Shown: positions 51,860 to 61,738, counted from the first letter of the stretch. The stretch: 64,000 bases of DNA from an uncultured Acidobacteriota bacterium (GCA_963729975.1 CAVSPI010000002.1:998-64997), one strand, 5' to 3'. Notes: generated by a model from the letters alone, not told the origin. Translations and numbers: made by a program.

Positions 51860-53594
51860 ATGCACACCCTGCTCACGGCTGTCCTGACGTCGATGATCCT
51901 CGCCGCGGCCGCCGCATCGGCGACGGCGCAGACCGTGCTGCCTGCTTCCCTGCCCGAGGGACACGAATTCACCAATCCTGAGCGCCACCCGTTCGCGCTG
52001 TCGCCCGATGGCAGCACCATCGCGTATCTGGCGAGAGCGACGCTCTTTCTCAGGCGGGTGGCTGGCACTGGATCCCGCCGGCGGCGCCGCCGCCGACTCG
52101 ACGATGGTGCAGGGTCCGCTGCAGGGTCGCGGCAAGAGCAATCCGGTGTTCTCGCCGGACGGCCGCTCACTGCTCTACTGGGCCGCAGACGACTCGGTGC
52201 TGCAGCGAGTACCTGCGGCTGGCGGCACGCCGGTGACGCTGGCGCGCGTCGACATGCCGTTGGGCCTGAGCTGGGGCGCCGACGATCGCATCCTTGTCGG
52301 ACAGGGTGCGAAAGGGGTGCTGGCGGTTGCCGCCAGCGGCGGGGCTCCGGCCACCGTGATCACGATGCGCGCCGGTGAAAGCGCGCACGGGCCGCAGATG
52401 TTGCCCGGCGGCGACCGGGTGCTGTTCACCTTGGCCGAGGGCACCCCGGCCAACTGGGACCAGGCACGTGTCGTCGTCCAGTCGATCGCTTCCGGCCAGC
52501 GCACCGTCGTCGCGCCGGGGCGCGATGCGCGCTTCGTCGCCAGCGGCCAGTTGCTCTATGTGAGCGGGACGACGCTGATGGCTGCGGGGTTCGACACCGC
52601 CACCGGCAAGCTGACGACCGCGCCCGCCGCCGTCGCTGAAGGCGTGCAAACCGCACGCGCCACAGGCGCCGCGCAGTTCAGCGTCGCCGCCAACGGCGCG
52701 CTCGCCTACGTCGGCAACGCCGTGCCACCCATCCGGCTGGCATCGGTCGGCTTCGACGGCACTCGCATCATCCTCGGTGACGTGCCGCAGGGTTCGGCGG
52801 CGCCGCGCTTCTCGGCCGACGGCCGCCGCGTCACCTTCGCTGCCGCCGGCGACATCTACGTGGCCGACCTGAACAACGTCAGCGGCGCCCGCAAGGTCAT
52901 CGCCAACGGCACCTTCCCGCTGTTCAGTCCCGACGGACAGTGGCTCGCCTTCGGGTCGCTGGGCACCGCGCGCGAGCACGGCGAGGAGGTGCTCTTCCTG
53001 CAGCGGGCCGACGGCTCCGGAGAAGCCGAGGTCATTGCCAAGCCGGCGCGCGCGCCCGAGCACTGGCCGGCCGGCGACCAGGGCTTCACCTTCATCACCC
53101 ATCGTGGCGGCGCCAACAACTACGACCTGTGGGTCTATTCGGTGGCCAGGAAGGAAGTCGAACCGCTGGTGGTCATCAACGAGACGGCGCAGTTGAGCAG
53201 CGCCTTCTCGCCCGATCGGCAGTGGGTCGCCTACATGTCGAGCGAATCGGGCGACTGGCAGGTCTACGTCCAGCCCTACCCGTTCACCGGCCGCACGTAT
53301 CAGGTGACGACCACCGGCGGGCGATCGCCGATGTGGGTCGGACAGAACCGCATCATCTTCGACAGCGACGGCGAGATGCGATCCGTGTCGGTGCAGCTTG
53401 GCACCACACCGGTGTTCGGCACGCCGGTGCCACTGCCGGTCACCGGCTATATTCAGCCGCTCCTGCGACGCAACTGGGACCTTTCGCCCGACGCCACACG
53501 GCTGTTGATGCTGTTCCGTCCGGGGCCGCGGATCGAGCTGCTCACGGCGTGGCAGGACAAGCTGCCCCGGCAGTCCGCACGCGACTCACGATGA
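51860..53594 (+). CDS. Exported TolB-like beta-propeller (PD40 repeat) protein, one frameshift near 52065
   Basis: Signal peptide MHTLLTAVLTSMILAAAAASATAQ. Recurrent PD40 signatures: LSPDGSTIAY, VFSPDGRSLLY, RFSADGRRVTF, LFSPDGQWLAF, AFSPDRQWVAY. Confidence 0.8.
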
Positions 53595-53745
53595 CGGCCG
53601 TCATTGATCTCGCGGCCGCCGCGATGGTATTCAGCAGCCACGCACGCGCGGGGATAGTGATCGTGCAGTGATCGAAACGTCACCCCGCCGTGACGGCTGC
53701 ACGGCAGCGCTATACTACGGACCGCTCGAGACAGCCGAGGTGACA

Positions 53746-54177
53746 ATGTCCGATCTCAACAAGACTCGCGTCAAAGCATTCATCGACCGCGTACTCACTG
53801 GCGGGGACCTTCCCGCGACCGCCGAATACTTCGCCGTCGACATGGTCGAAGAGGTGCCGTTTCCAGGTCAGGGTCCTGGGCTGGCCGGCCTCGAACAGAC
53901 GCTGGGCCAGCTTCGCACCGCGTTCCCCGACTCGACGTGGACGGTCGAGGAGCAGGTCGCCGAAGGCGACAAGGTGGTCAGCCGATTCGTCTGGACCGGC
54001 ACGCATCAGGGCGATTTCCTCGGCATACCGGCGACACATCGTCCGATCAATGTCTGGGGCATGGTGATCGACCGCTTCGTCGGAGACAAGATCGTCTCGA
54101 CCCGGCTGATCATGGACACCTTCGGCATGATGGTGCAGCTGGGTGTGATCCCGGGGCCGGCTGCGGCAGGCGCATAG
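53746..54177 (+). CDS. SnoaL-like ester/polyketide cyclase family protein
   Basis: Intact. AFIDRVLTGGDL..EYFAVDMVEE, FPDSTWTVEEQVAEGDKVVSRFVWTGTHQGDFLGIPATHRPI..WGMVIDRFVGDKIV. Confidence 0.75.
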   Translation: MSDLNKTRVKAFIDRVLTGGDLPATAEYFAVDMVEEVPFPGQGPGLAGLEQTLGQLRTAFPDSTWTVEEQVAEGDKVVSRFVWTGTHQGDFLGIPATHRPINVWGMVIDRFVGDKIVSTRLIMDTFGMMVQLGVIPGPAAAGA

Positions 54178-54206
54178 CCGCTGTCAGCGACCCTCGAGCG
54201 GCCGCC

Positions 54207-54770
54207 CTAGCGGCTCCAGGGTGGCACGACTCGATTCGAGCGCGCGTAGGCGATCAGTTGGCCGAGATGCTCGTGCAGGTGTGTGGTCGCGCCGACCCAG
54301 GTCGCACGCCGGCTGCTCGGCTGACCGAACACCGTGACGGCGTCACTCAGCTGCGCTTCCGACGTGGCGCCGACGTGCTGCTTCAGGAACGCGAACGAGG
54401 TCGCCAGTTCGGCCATCGCCTGCTGCCGCGTCCGCGTGCGCTTCTCGAATGCCTCGATCGTCTCGCCACGGCGCAGGTCGAGGCCGGTCGCCGGCGGTAC
54501 CGCGATCCCGAGCGCCGCGGGAAACACGTAGTTGTCGGCGGTGACATGCGCAACCACGTCACCGGACGAACGAACGCCCGGCCCCGGTCGCCACTGCCAC
54601 GCGGCATCCGGCAGTGCCGCAGCGAGCGTGGTGATCTTCTTCTCCACGTCGCTGATGTCGGTCAGGAGATCGTTCACGAGTCCCGCGGGCCGACTCTGAC
54701 TCGTCGCTCCAGATGGCCACGCCACGATCGCCACTAACATCACCAGGGTCGTCAGTCGAAACATGGTCAC
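54207..54770 (-). CDS. DinB family protein, exported
   Basis: Intact 187 aa with a signal peptide. Contains VVAHVTADNY and THLHEHLGQLIAYAR (DinB-type His residues). Confidence 0.75.
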   Translation of the reverse strand: MTMFRLTTLVMLVAIVAWPSGATSQSRPAGLVNDLLTDISDVEKKITTLAAALPDAAWQWRPGPGVRSSGDVVAHVTADNYVFPAALGIAVPPATGLDLRRGETIEAFEKRTRTRQQAMAELATSFAFLKQHVGATSEAQLSDAVTVFGQPSSRRATWVGATTHLHEHLGQLIAYARSNRVVPPWSR

Positions 54771-54927
54771 TCCCAGCAGGCGTCAGCCTGCGAATCATGC
54801 GAGGACGACTTCATCGCCCGTTGCCCGGCACTGTCGTGGCCGTGTGGACACGATCTCCGCGCCGGCTTCATGCGCCGCCGCAGCCCGAGGACGTTCCCCG
54901 AGCCGCGCCCGCCACCATCTCAGGCCG

Positions 54928-55671
54928 CTAGGCTGCGGTCAGGATCACCGGGTCGCCGCCGGTAATCACGATGGTGTGCTCGTAGTGTGCAGCGAGACTG
55001 CCGTCGCGCGTCCGGATCGTCCAGCCGTCCTCATCGTCCACCAGATCTGCACGTCCGGCCGTGATGATCGGTTCGACGGCCAGCACCAGACCGGCGGTCA
55101 GCACGTCGGCCTGGTCGCGATCGAAATAGTTCGGCACGCTCGGCGGCTCGTGAATGGTGCGACCGACGCCGTGCCCGGACAGACTGCGAACCACCGTGAG
55201 GCCGGCCTTTGTTACCGTCGCTTCGATGGCACGACCAAGTTGATTGACCCGGTTCCCGGCGCGCGCCACCTGCATCGCCGCATCGAACGCCGACTCCGCG
55301 GCCCGACGCAATCGCCTGGCGATGGCGCTCCCTTCCCCGATCAGCACGGTCCGGGCGGCATCCGCCACGTATCCGCCCTTCTCGAGCGTGACGTCGATCT
55401 TGACCAGATCGCCGAGCTTCAGGCGCCGCGGCCCGGGCACACCGTGCACGACCTCGTCGTTGACGCTGATCAGCACGGCGCCAGGGAATCCGTACACGGC
55501 CGCCAGCGCCGACCGGGCATGATGCTGCGCGATGACCGTGGCCGCCGCGTGATCGAGCTCCTGCGTCGTGCGTCCGGGTGCAATCGACGATTCGAGTGCG
55601 TCGAGCGTCAGCCGGACGACGTCGGCGACGGCCCTCAAGCCCTGCCAATCCGCTTCCGAATCTATGGACAT
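54928..55671 (-). CDS. map: Type I methionine aminopeptidase
   Basis: Intact 247 aa. VNDEVVHGVP, DLVKIDVTLEKGGYVADAA, GHGVGRTIHEPP, VLAVEPII and AHYEHTIVIT. Confidence 0.9.
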   Translation of the reverse strand: MSIDSEADWQGLRAVADVVRLTLDALESSIAPGRTTQELDHAAATVIAQHHARSALAAVYGFPGAVLISVNDEVVHGVPGPRRLKLGDLVKIDVTLEKGGYVADAARTVLIGEGSAIARRLRRAAESAFDAAMQVARAGNRVNQLGRAIEATVTKAGLTVVRSLSGHGVGRTIHEPPSVPNYFDRDQADVLTAGLVLAVEPIITAGRADLVDDEDGWTIRTRDGSLAAHYEHTIVITGGDPVILTAA

Positions 55672-55983
55672 AAGGTCTCGGGCAGATGTACACCGGCCGT
55701 GCGTGGTTGGAAATCAGGAAACCGTGATCGTAGCAAGGGCGGGATGGCTCCTCGCCAACGGCGCAGCAGTCCGAGGATACGGGCGGCACTCGCTCATCCT
55801 GCCGAGGATCGAGCCCACTCCTCCTGCAGGGCCGGCGCAGGCGATGGGCAACTTGTTTGTGGACCCACGCCGTCATCGACTCGACGGCAACGGCGTCCCT
55901 TGTGCTCGGATGGACAGCTGATGCCGGATGCAACGCGACCTGGCTGCCGTCCGTGTCGTCACGAGTGACCGCTGAGCCGACCG

Positions 55984-57039
55984 ATGGAGAGTGACGCCCG
56001 CGACACCCACCGCGCCCCACTGTGGCACGTCCTGCGACGAGTCATCGTCGTGGTGTCGGCCCTCGTCGCGGCGGTGGCGATCTGGAACCTCGCGATCACC
56101 CGGTGGCGCATCGCCGCCAATCCCGCCCCCGGGCAGATCTTTTCTGTCGATGGCCGGCAGATGTACATCCACTGCGTTGGCGACGGGTCGCCGGCGATTG
56201 TGATCGAGTCCGGCCTCGGCAACGACACCCTCGACTGGTATGGCGTGCAGCGCAGCCTGGCACCGTTCACGCGCGTGTGTGCCTACGATCGGTCAGGGCT
56301 TGGGCTCAGCGAGCCGCGCACCGGCGCGCGCGATGCCAACGCCATTGCCCGCCAGCTCCACGATCTCCTCGATCAAGCCGGCGTGACGCGGCCGTTCATT
56401 CCGATCGGCTGGTCTGCCGGCGGACTCTACGTGCGCGAGTACGCGCGGTTGTTTCCGGCGGACCTCGCCGGCCTGGTGCTGGTCGAATCGAGCATACCCA
56501 GGCAGCTGGAGGATGTGCCCGGCGATCGAACCGACTACGACGAGCTGACGCGCACCAGTGCGGAGCGCTATCGATGGCAGCGGCTGCGGGTCACGCTTGG
56601 GTGGGAGCGGCTGATGGGGCGCTGCACCGATCCGCTGTCGAAGGATCTGGAGGCATTGCCGCCCGACGAGGCACGACGGCTCGCCGGCCTCCACGACGCC
56701 CATACCTGCCGGCCGGAATTCATTGGTGGCGTGCTCGGCGAACTCCTCGGCTTCGAAGCCTCGGCGGCCGAGGCTGGCCGCCTGACCAGCCTGGGTGACA
56801 CGCCGCTGCTGGTGATCACGATGGACACCGGCAAGGCGACCGCCGCGATGCAGGTCTGGGAGCGCGAGCAGGAGCGTCTCAAGAATCTCTCGAGCCGCAG
56901 TTGGCGAGTCGTGGCGCGCGGCGCCGGCCATGCCGTTCAGCACGACCGGCCCGAGTTGGTCGTCGAGGAGGTGGCGAGGCTCCTCGACTACGTGCGCGCA
57001 GGACCGGCGCCACCGTTCGGCATGACCGCCACCCGCTAG
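55984..57039 (+). CDS. Alpha/beta hydrolase, N-terminal membrane anchor
   Basis: Intact 351 aa. TM segment VIVVVSALVAAVAIW. VCAYDRSGLGLSE. Nucleophile elbow IGWSAGG. Confidence 0.8.
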   Translation: MESDARDTHRAPLWHVLRRVIVVVSALVAAVAIWNLAITRWRIAANPAPGQIFSVDGRQMYIHCVGDGSPAIVIESGLGNDTLDWYGVQRSLAPFTRVCAYDRSGLGLSEPRTGARDANAIARQLHDLLDQAGVTRPFIPIGWSAGGLYVREYARLFPADLAGLVLVESSIPRQLEDVPGDRTDYDELTRTSAERYRWQRLRVTLGWERLMGRCTDPLSKDLEALPPDEARRLAGLHDAHTCRPEFIGGVLGELLGFEASAAEAGRLTSLGDTPLLVITMDTGKATAAMQVWEREQERLKNLSSRSWRVVARGAGHAVQHDRPELVVEEVARLLDYVRAGPAPPFGMTATR

Positions 57040-57123
57040 ACTTTGCTGCGGTCAGCCGGCCAGCGCCGTCAGCCGCGAACGCCGCACCGGGCTCGAGGGG
57101 GTGTCCGCGACCCTCACCGGGCA

Positions 57124-58050
57124 CTAACGCGGCGGCGGCTGACCGGCTGCGAAGTCGCTGCCGACGACGTTGCCGAGGACGTTGCCGAGAACAGCGACCA
57201 GGCCGCGCGCGGCTGCCTGATCCGGGTCCAGCGCCGGGTTGTAGATTGTCACCTCGAGGCCGACCGCGCGACGCGAGGCGATTGCCATGCGCAGCACCAT
57301 GGTGAGTTCATCCCAGGACAGCCCACCAGGAAGCCGATAATCGACGGCCGGCATGATCCCGTCGTCGAGGACGTCGGCGTCGAGGTGTATCCAGAAACCG
57401 GCCGGTCCTCCGGGCCGCGTCAGCTGGGAGATCGCCTCGCGGGCGGCGGCCTCGACGCCGCGCCGCCGAATGACGGCCAGGTCCAGCGCCAGCAGCGACG
57501 ATGGCAGCGGCTGGCTGCCATAGGCGGCCTGCTCCGCAGCATCGCGATAGCCGAAGACCACTGCGTCCTCATCGTGCACCAGCGGCCGCCGTCCGTCGAG
57601 GCTGGTCAGCAGGTCGGGCCCGCGGCCGGTGGCGAAGGCCAGCTCCATCGACGCCGCTTCACCATTCGGATTCGCTGCCGGATCGTAGAAGTCGGCGTGG
57701 CCGTCGATGAACAGCAGCCCGATACGACCGCGCCGCTTGAGGGCGAGCAGGCCGCCGAGCAGGATCGAGCAGTCGCCACCGAGCACGACCGGGAACTCCC
57801 CGCCGTCGATCACCTCGCCCACTGCATCGGCCAGAGTCCGGGAGTAGGCCGCGATGCCCTCGGCATTCAGAGTCAGCGTCGCCGGATCGCGAACAGCATC
57901 GTATGGCGTCTCGGGCACGACGCGTCCGGCATGCCGTGCATGGAGGCGCTCGAGCAACCCCGCCCGCAACAGCGCCTCGGGCAGACGTTCGACGCCAGTC
58001 GGCCTGAGGCCGAGAATCGACGGCGCTTCGATGACCGCACAGCGCAGCAT
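57124..58050 (-). CDS. Arginase/agmatinase/formiminoglutamase family protein
   Basis: Intact. VVLGGDCSILLGG, FIDGHADFY, IHLDADVLDDGIMPAVD (Mn-binding Asp/His motifs). The ATG at 58050 (MLRCAVIEAPSILG) is chosen within ORF 57124..58305. Confidence 0.8.
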   Translation of the reverse strand: MLRCAVIEAPSILGLRPTGVERLPEALLRAGLLERLHARHAGRVVPETPYDAVRDPATLTLNAEGIAAYSRTLADAVGEVIDGGEFPVVLGGDCSILLGGLLALKRRGRIGLLFIDGHADFYDPAANPNGEAASMELAFATGRGPDLLTSLDGRRPLVHDEDAVVFGYRDAAEQAAYGSQPLPSSLLALDLAVIRRRGVEAAAREAISQLTRPGGPAGFWIHLDADVLDDGIMPAVDYRLPGGLSWDELTMVLRMAIASRRAVGLEVTIYNPALDPDQAAARGLVAVLGNVLGNVVGSDFAAGQPPPR

Positions 58051-58270
58051 GCGGAAATTATCCACCGTTGACCGGCGAACGCGGCCCAGTCGACGCAAGC
58101 AAGAGCGGCCGGCCCGGTCTCGATTGGCCGGCTCACACCACCGCGGCCAATCGACCGCCTCGCTCCCCGTGATGCCAACGTGCAAAGGCTCCCTTGAGCG
58201 GGGCGCGCCGCCGCGCCCGTCAACTGGGCCTACCCGAACAGCGGACGCGTACCGGTGTATCGTCGCAACG

Positions 58271-58933
58271 ATGCAGCCGTGCGTGCGCGCCGTCATTCTC
58301 GACATGGACGGCCTGATGCTCGATACCGAGCCGATCTACCGGGCGGCGTGGCAACACGCCGCTCGCCACCTCGGATTCGAGCTCGATGACGCGACCTACG
58401 CGCGTTTCGTTGGACGCCCATCCAGCGCATGCGAACGAGAGCTTCAGACCCACTTCGGCGCCGACTTCCCTCTCGATCGGTTTCGAGCTGACTGGATGGA
58501 CGCGTGGAGGGCGCGCGTCTATGACGTCGGCATCGCGATCAAGCCTGGCCTGTTGGCGTTGCTGGCTGCGTTGGAGAAGCGTGGCGTGCCTGTGGCGATC
58601 GCAACATCGAGCACCTCTGACGACGCCGACATGAGCCTTCGCTGCACTGGGCTGCTCGGACGATTTGGCGTTGTCGTAACGGGTGACCAGGTGCAGTGCG
58701 GCAAGCCGGCACCGGATATCTATCTCGAGTGCGCCCGACGGCTCGAGCGGCTGCCGTCGGAGTGCCTGGCGATCGAAGATTCCGACACTGGCGTGGTGGC
58801 CGCGAGTCGAGCCGGGATGACGGTGCTGCAGATCCCCGACCTCGCACCGCCGTCGGATGCCTCACGTCGCGTGGCATTCCGCATTCTTCACAATCTATTC
58901 GAAGCGCATGACGTGATCGTTACGCTGCTGTAG
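58271..58933 (+). CDS. HAD-IA family hydrolase (beta-phosphoglucomutase/phosphatase-like)
   Basis: Intact 220 aa. Motif I ILDMDGLMLDTE, motif II IATSS, motif III GKPAPD, motif IV EDSDTG. Confidence 0.85.
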   Translation: MQPCVRAVILDMDGLMLDTEPIYRAAWQHAARHLGFELDDATYARFVGRPSSACERELQTHFGADFPLDRFRADWMDAWRARVYDVGIAIKPGLLALLAALEKRGVPVAIATSSTSDDADMSLRCTGLLGRFGVVVTGDQVQCGKPAPDIYLECARRLERLPSECLAIEDSDTGVVAASRAGMTVLQIPDLAPPSDASRRVAFRILHNLFEAHDVIVTLL

Positions 58934-59183
58934 CAGCCTGGCACTGGCACCGTGGCCCTTTCCTGACCGGTGAGCCGACGTTCTTTCGTAGCGCGGATTC
59001 ACATGCCTGGCCCGCCACTTTTCAAGGCCAGAGGATGCCGAGTCCCGCCTCTTCGTCTTCCGTGTGGATCAAACAGAAGCCCCGGACGCTCCGCGCGCGC
59101 TTGCGCCTCGAATGACTAACTCGACAAGGGTGGAAGTAGGTCCAGTCTCAAAAGTAGCCCGCGGCTATCCGGTACGCCCTCGG

Positions 59184-59579
59184 TCAGAGCGCCCGTCGAT
59201 TCTTGCGGAACGAGTTCTTGACAGCGATCTTGCCGTCGCGGAAGGTGAAGAGATCGCAGCCGGTCACCTCCACGCGCGTGTCGTCTCTGTGCGTGCCCGT
59301 GAACGTCCATTCCGACACCCCACGATTGCCCGCGACGAAATGCCTGGCGTTGGCCCAGTGCGCGTCCTGGAATGCTTCGAAGACGGCGGCGTATGCGGCG
59401 CGAACCGCCCGCGGCCCCTCGCTTCGCTGGCCGTCGACCTGGGGACCGGCCGATGCGTCGAACACGCAGTCATCCGTCATCATGGACATCAGCGCATCGA
59501 GATCGTGTCGGTTCCAGGCGTCGGCGAAGCGCTCCAGCAACGTCACTGTCTCGGCGTCTGGATTGCGAATGACGACCAT
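59184..59579 (-). CDS. NTF2/SnoaL-like domain protein
   Basis: Intact 131 aa. LLERFADAWNRHDLDALMSMMTDDCVF...VSEWTFTGTHRDDTRVEVTGCDLFTFRDGKIAVKNSF. Confidence 0.7.
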   Translation of the reverse strand: MVVIRNPDAETVTLLERFADAWNRHDLDALMSMMTDDCVFDASAGPQVDGQRSEGPRAVRAAYAAVFEAFQDAHWANARHFVAGNRGVSEWTFTGTHRDDTRVEVTGCDLFTFRDGKIAVKNSFRKNRRAL

Positions 59580-59772
59580 GGTTGTCTCCTTGGGACGACG
59601 TCGCTGGGCTGCAAACGGCCGGATTCTAACACCAGGAATTCCTCACCGTCGCTCCCGGCAGTAACAAGCCGCATGAGGGATGCAGCAAGCACTGGGCTGG
59701 ACGGCAGGCCGCAGGTGAGCGCGGCGCACCGTCGGACTGGCCAAAGTCGATGACGGAGAACTAGGATGGGCC

Positions 59773-60565
59773 ATGGCGACGACCGACCAGGATCCGCTTT
59801 GACGACGGTGCCGCGTACGAGCGCTACATGGGACGGTGGAGTCAGCTGGCCGGCCAGCAGTTCCTCGAGTGGCTTGCGCCATCACCGGGTTTGCGGTGGC
59901 TCGACGTCGGTTGCGGGAACGGCGCCTTCACCGAGATGCTCGTGGAGCGCTGTGCGCCTGCCTCAGTCGTCGGCGTGGACCCGTCCGAGGCGCAGCTCGC
60001 CTTTGCCCGCAGCCGCCCGTCGTCTCGCGCGGTGCAGTTTCGCCAGGGCGATGCGATGGCACTGCCATTCCCCGACGATGATTTCGACGCGGCGGTGATG
60101 CCGCTGGTGATTTTCTTCGTGCCCGAGCCGGCCACTGGCGTCGCCGAAATGTCGCGGGTGGTCCGTGCCGGCGGCACCGTAGCCGCCTATGCGTGGGACA
60201 TGACCGGCGGCGGGTTCCCATACGACGCCTTGAAGGTGGCGATGCGCGAGCTGGGTGTCGCGGTTCCAGAGCCGCCGAGTCCGGCCGCGTCCCGCCTCGA
60301 CACGTTGCGGGACTTATGGACCGCGGCTGGCGTGGACGGCATCGACACGCGGTCGTTCACCGTGCGGCGGACCTTCACCGATTTCGACGACTACTGGACG
60401 ACCGTTCTGGGCGGGCCGAGCGTGGCGACCCAACTTGCCGCGATGACGCCCGATCGCCTCGCGCAACTCCAGGCGCAGATGCGGGCGCGGCTCCCTGCAG
60501 ACGCTGCCGGCCATCTCACCTGCGAAGCCCGAACCAACGCGATCACGGGTCGTGTACCGAACTGA
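59773..60565 (+). CDS. Class I SAM-dependent methyltransferase, one frameshift near 59800
   Basis: MATTDQDP. then FDDGAAYERYMGRWS. SAM motif I WLDVGCGNGAF. Acidic loop VVGVDPSE. FPDDDFDAAV. Confidence 0.8.
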
Positions 60566-60575
60566 TTTTGGAGCG

Positions 60576-60752
60576 ATGCTGCTATGGCCAGGTCCTTATC
60601 CCGATCGAGCAAGGCGGCGACAACCGCCAAACGCCGGCCCGCTGAGTACCGACCATGAATACGGTCTCGGCAGCGGCACCAAGAAGCCCGCCGCCCCGCG
60701 GCCCTCACGTCGCGTCTCGAAACCGGCGGCCCCTCGCCCCAAGACGCGATAA
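60576..60752 (+). CDS. Candidate small basic Pro-rich protein with a tandem KPAAPRP motif
   Basis: MLLWPGPYPDRARRRQPPNAGPLSTDHEYGLGSGTKKPAAPRPSRRVSKPAAPRPKTR. The two KPAAPRP copies (60684-60704 and 60720-60740) differ at 5 nucleotides, all at third codon positions. GGAG sits only 2 nt before the ATG, so the start is uncertain. Confidence 0.35.
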   Translation: MLLWPGPYPDRARRRQPPNAGPLSTDHEYGLGSGTKKPAAPRPSRRVSKPAAPRPKTR

Positions 60753-60821
60753 GCGGCCAGAGGAGACGCCACGAGGTCACGGGCGATCAAGGCCGCGCAT
60801 CGAACCGGTGAGCGGTGACGA

Positions 60822-60849
60822 TGGTGCCGGGGGCGGGAATTCGACCCGC
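60822..60849 (-). other. tRNA 3-prime-end-like fragment (T-arm + acceptor 3-prime strand + ACCA)
   Basis: The minus strand reads GCGGG-TCGAATT-CCCGC-CCCCGGC-A-CCA. No matching 5-prime acceptor strand (GCCGGGG), D-arm or canonical anticodon loop could be folded upstream. Confidence 0.35.
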
Positions 60850-60937
60850 ACCCCGCATTCGTGACGGGACTGGCGCCCGGTCGGCCCGCCTGGCGAGGCA
60901 CGATCACGGTCGCACGATCGCTAGTCATGACGATCCT

Positions 60938-61699
60938 TCATCTTGTCTGTGCGCGATACGCCTCACCCGCAGCGCTTCGTCGTCGCCCAGGTCGCGCCGT
61001 CACCGCCATGATTGCGGCGGCCATCGCGCCGAGCCCGACCGCCGTTCGAAGAGAGGGCTTCGGGAGCCATTTCATCGCGCCCAGGACGATGGCCGGCGGC
61101 TCGTTGGCCTGCGGCGCCGAGTGGGAGACGGGTGGCTTCCCGGTTCTGGCAACCGGCGCGTGTTGGGCAAACAGGTCCAGACAGCCTTGGACGAAGGGGA
61201 TCAGGTCCTGCGGGCCACGGCTCGTCGCCAGGTTGCCGTCGCGGACGAACGGCTGATCGAGCCAGGTCGCACCAGCATTGACGAGATCGTCACGAACGCC
61301 CGGCCATGACGTCAGCGTCCTCCCCTGCAGCAGTCCCGCCGACGCGAGCACCCACGGCCCGTGACACAGGCTGGCGATCGGCTTTCCTGCCTCGTCAAAC
61401 GCGCGCACGAATGCCCGCGCCTCCGCCGACTGGCGGAGCAGGTCCGGATTGATGAAGCCTCCGGGGAGCAGCAGCCCGTCGTAGTCGTCGGGGTCTGCTT
61501 CGGCGATCGTTTTGTCGACGTGAACACGGCTGGCCGGCTCGTGCAGGTTCACGCCGCGGATATGGCCGTGGCGGAGCGAGATCACGTCTACTCTGGCGCC
61601 GGCCGCCTGCAATGCCTTCATCGGGACGACCAGTTCCACCTTCTCGAAGCCGTCCGCCGCGAGCGCCGCGATGCGGCGGCCTTTCAGTTTCTGATCCAT
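60938..61699 (-). CDS. DJ-1/PfpI family protein with a C-terminal membrane-anchor extension
   Basis: Intact 253 aa. GRRIAALAADGFEKVELVVP, YDGLLLPGG, nucleophile elbow IASLCHGPWVL, and a C-terminal TM segment AVGLGAMAAAIMAV. Confidence 0.8.
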   Translation of the reverse strand: MDQKLKGRRIAALAADGFEKVELVVPMKALQAAGARVDVISLRHGHIRGVNLHEPASRVHVDKTIAEADPDDYDGLLLPGGFINPDLLRQSAEARAFVRAFDEAGKPIASLCHGPWVLASAGLLQGRTLTSWPGVRDDLVNAGATWLDQPFVRDGNLATSRGPQDLIPFVQGCLDLFAQHAPVARTGKPPVSHSAPQANEPPAIVLGAMKWLPKPSLRTAVGLGAMAAAIMAVTARPGRRRSAAGEAYRAQTR

Positions 61700-61738
61700 G
61701 GAAGTCTCCTCCTGTTCGCAACACGTCCTGGAACTGTG

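Noticed and set aside
57124-58305. The full 393-aa ORF as the arginase-family gene, and likewise the full 469-aa ORF 50732..52141 as the MBL-fold gene.
   Set aside because: The N-terminal extensions are Arg-rich and lack features. Internal ATGs (58050 and 51703) give proteins that begin exactly at the conserved domain or at a signal peptide.
58941-59030. TGGCAC-containing strings (CTGGCACTGGCACCG and TGGCCCGCCACTTTTCA) as sigma-54 promoters. Similar TGGCAC hits occur at about 2993, 41745, 43153, 43825, 51775 and 54224.
   Set aside because: None has TTGC or GC at the required -12 position, and several lie inside coding sequence.
60822-60910. A complete tRNA gene (or a tmRNA / two-piece tmRNA acceptor piece) on the minus strand.
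   Set aside because: Only the T-arm, 3-prime acceptor strand and CCA are present. No GCCGGGG 5-prime strand or D-arm is found. The best anticodon-like hairpin (CCCGT-CACGAAT-GCGGG) has A instead of U at position 33 and would imply Ser without a long variable arm. The acceptor lacks the G3:U70 pair required of tmRNA.
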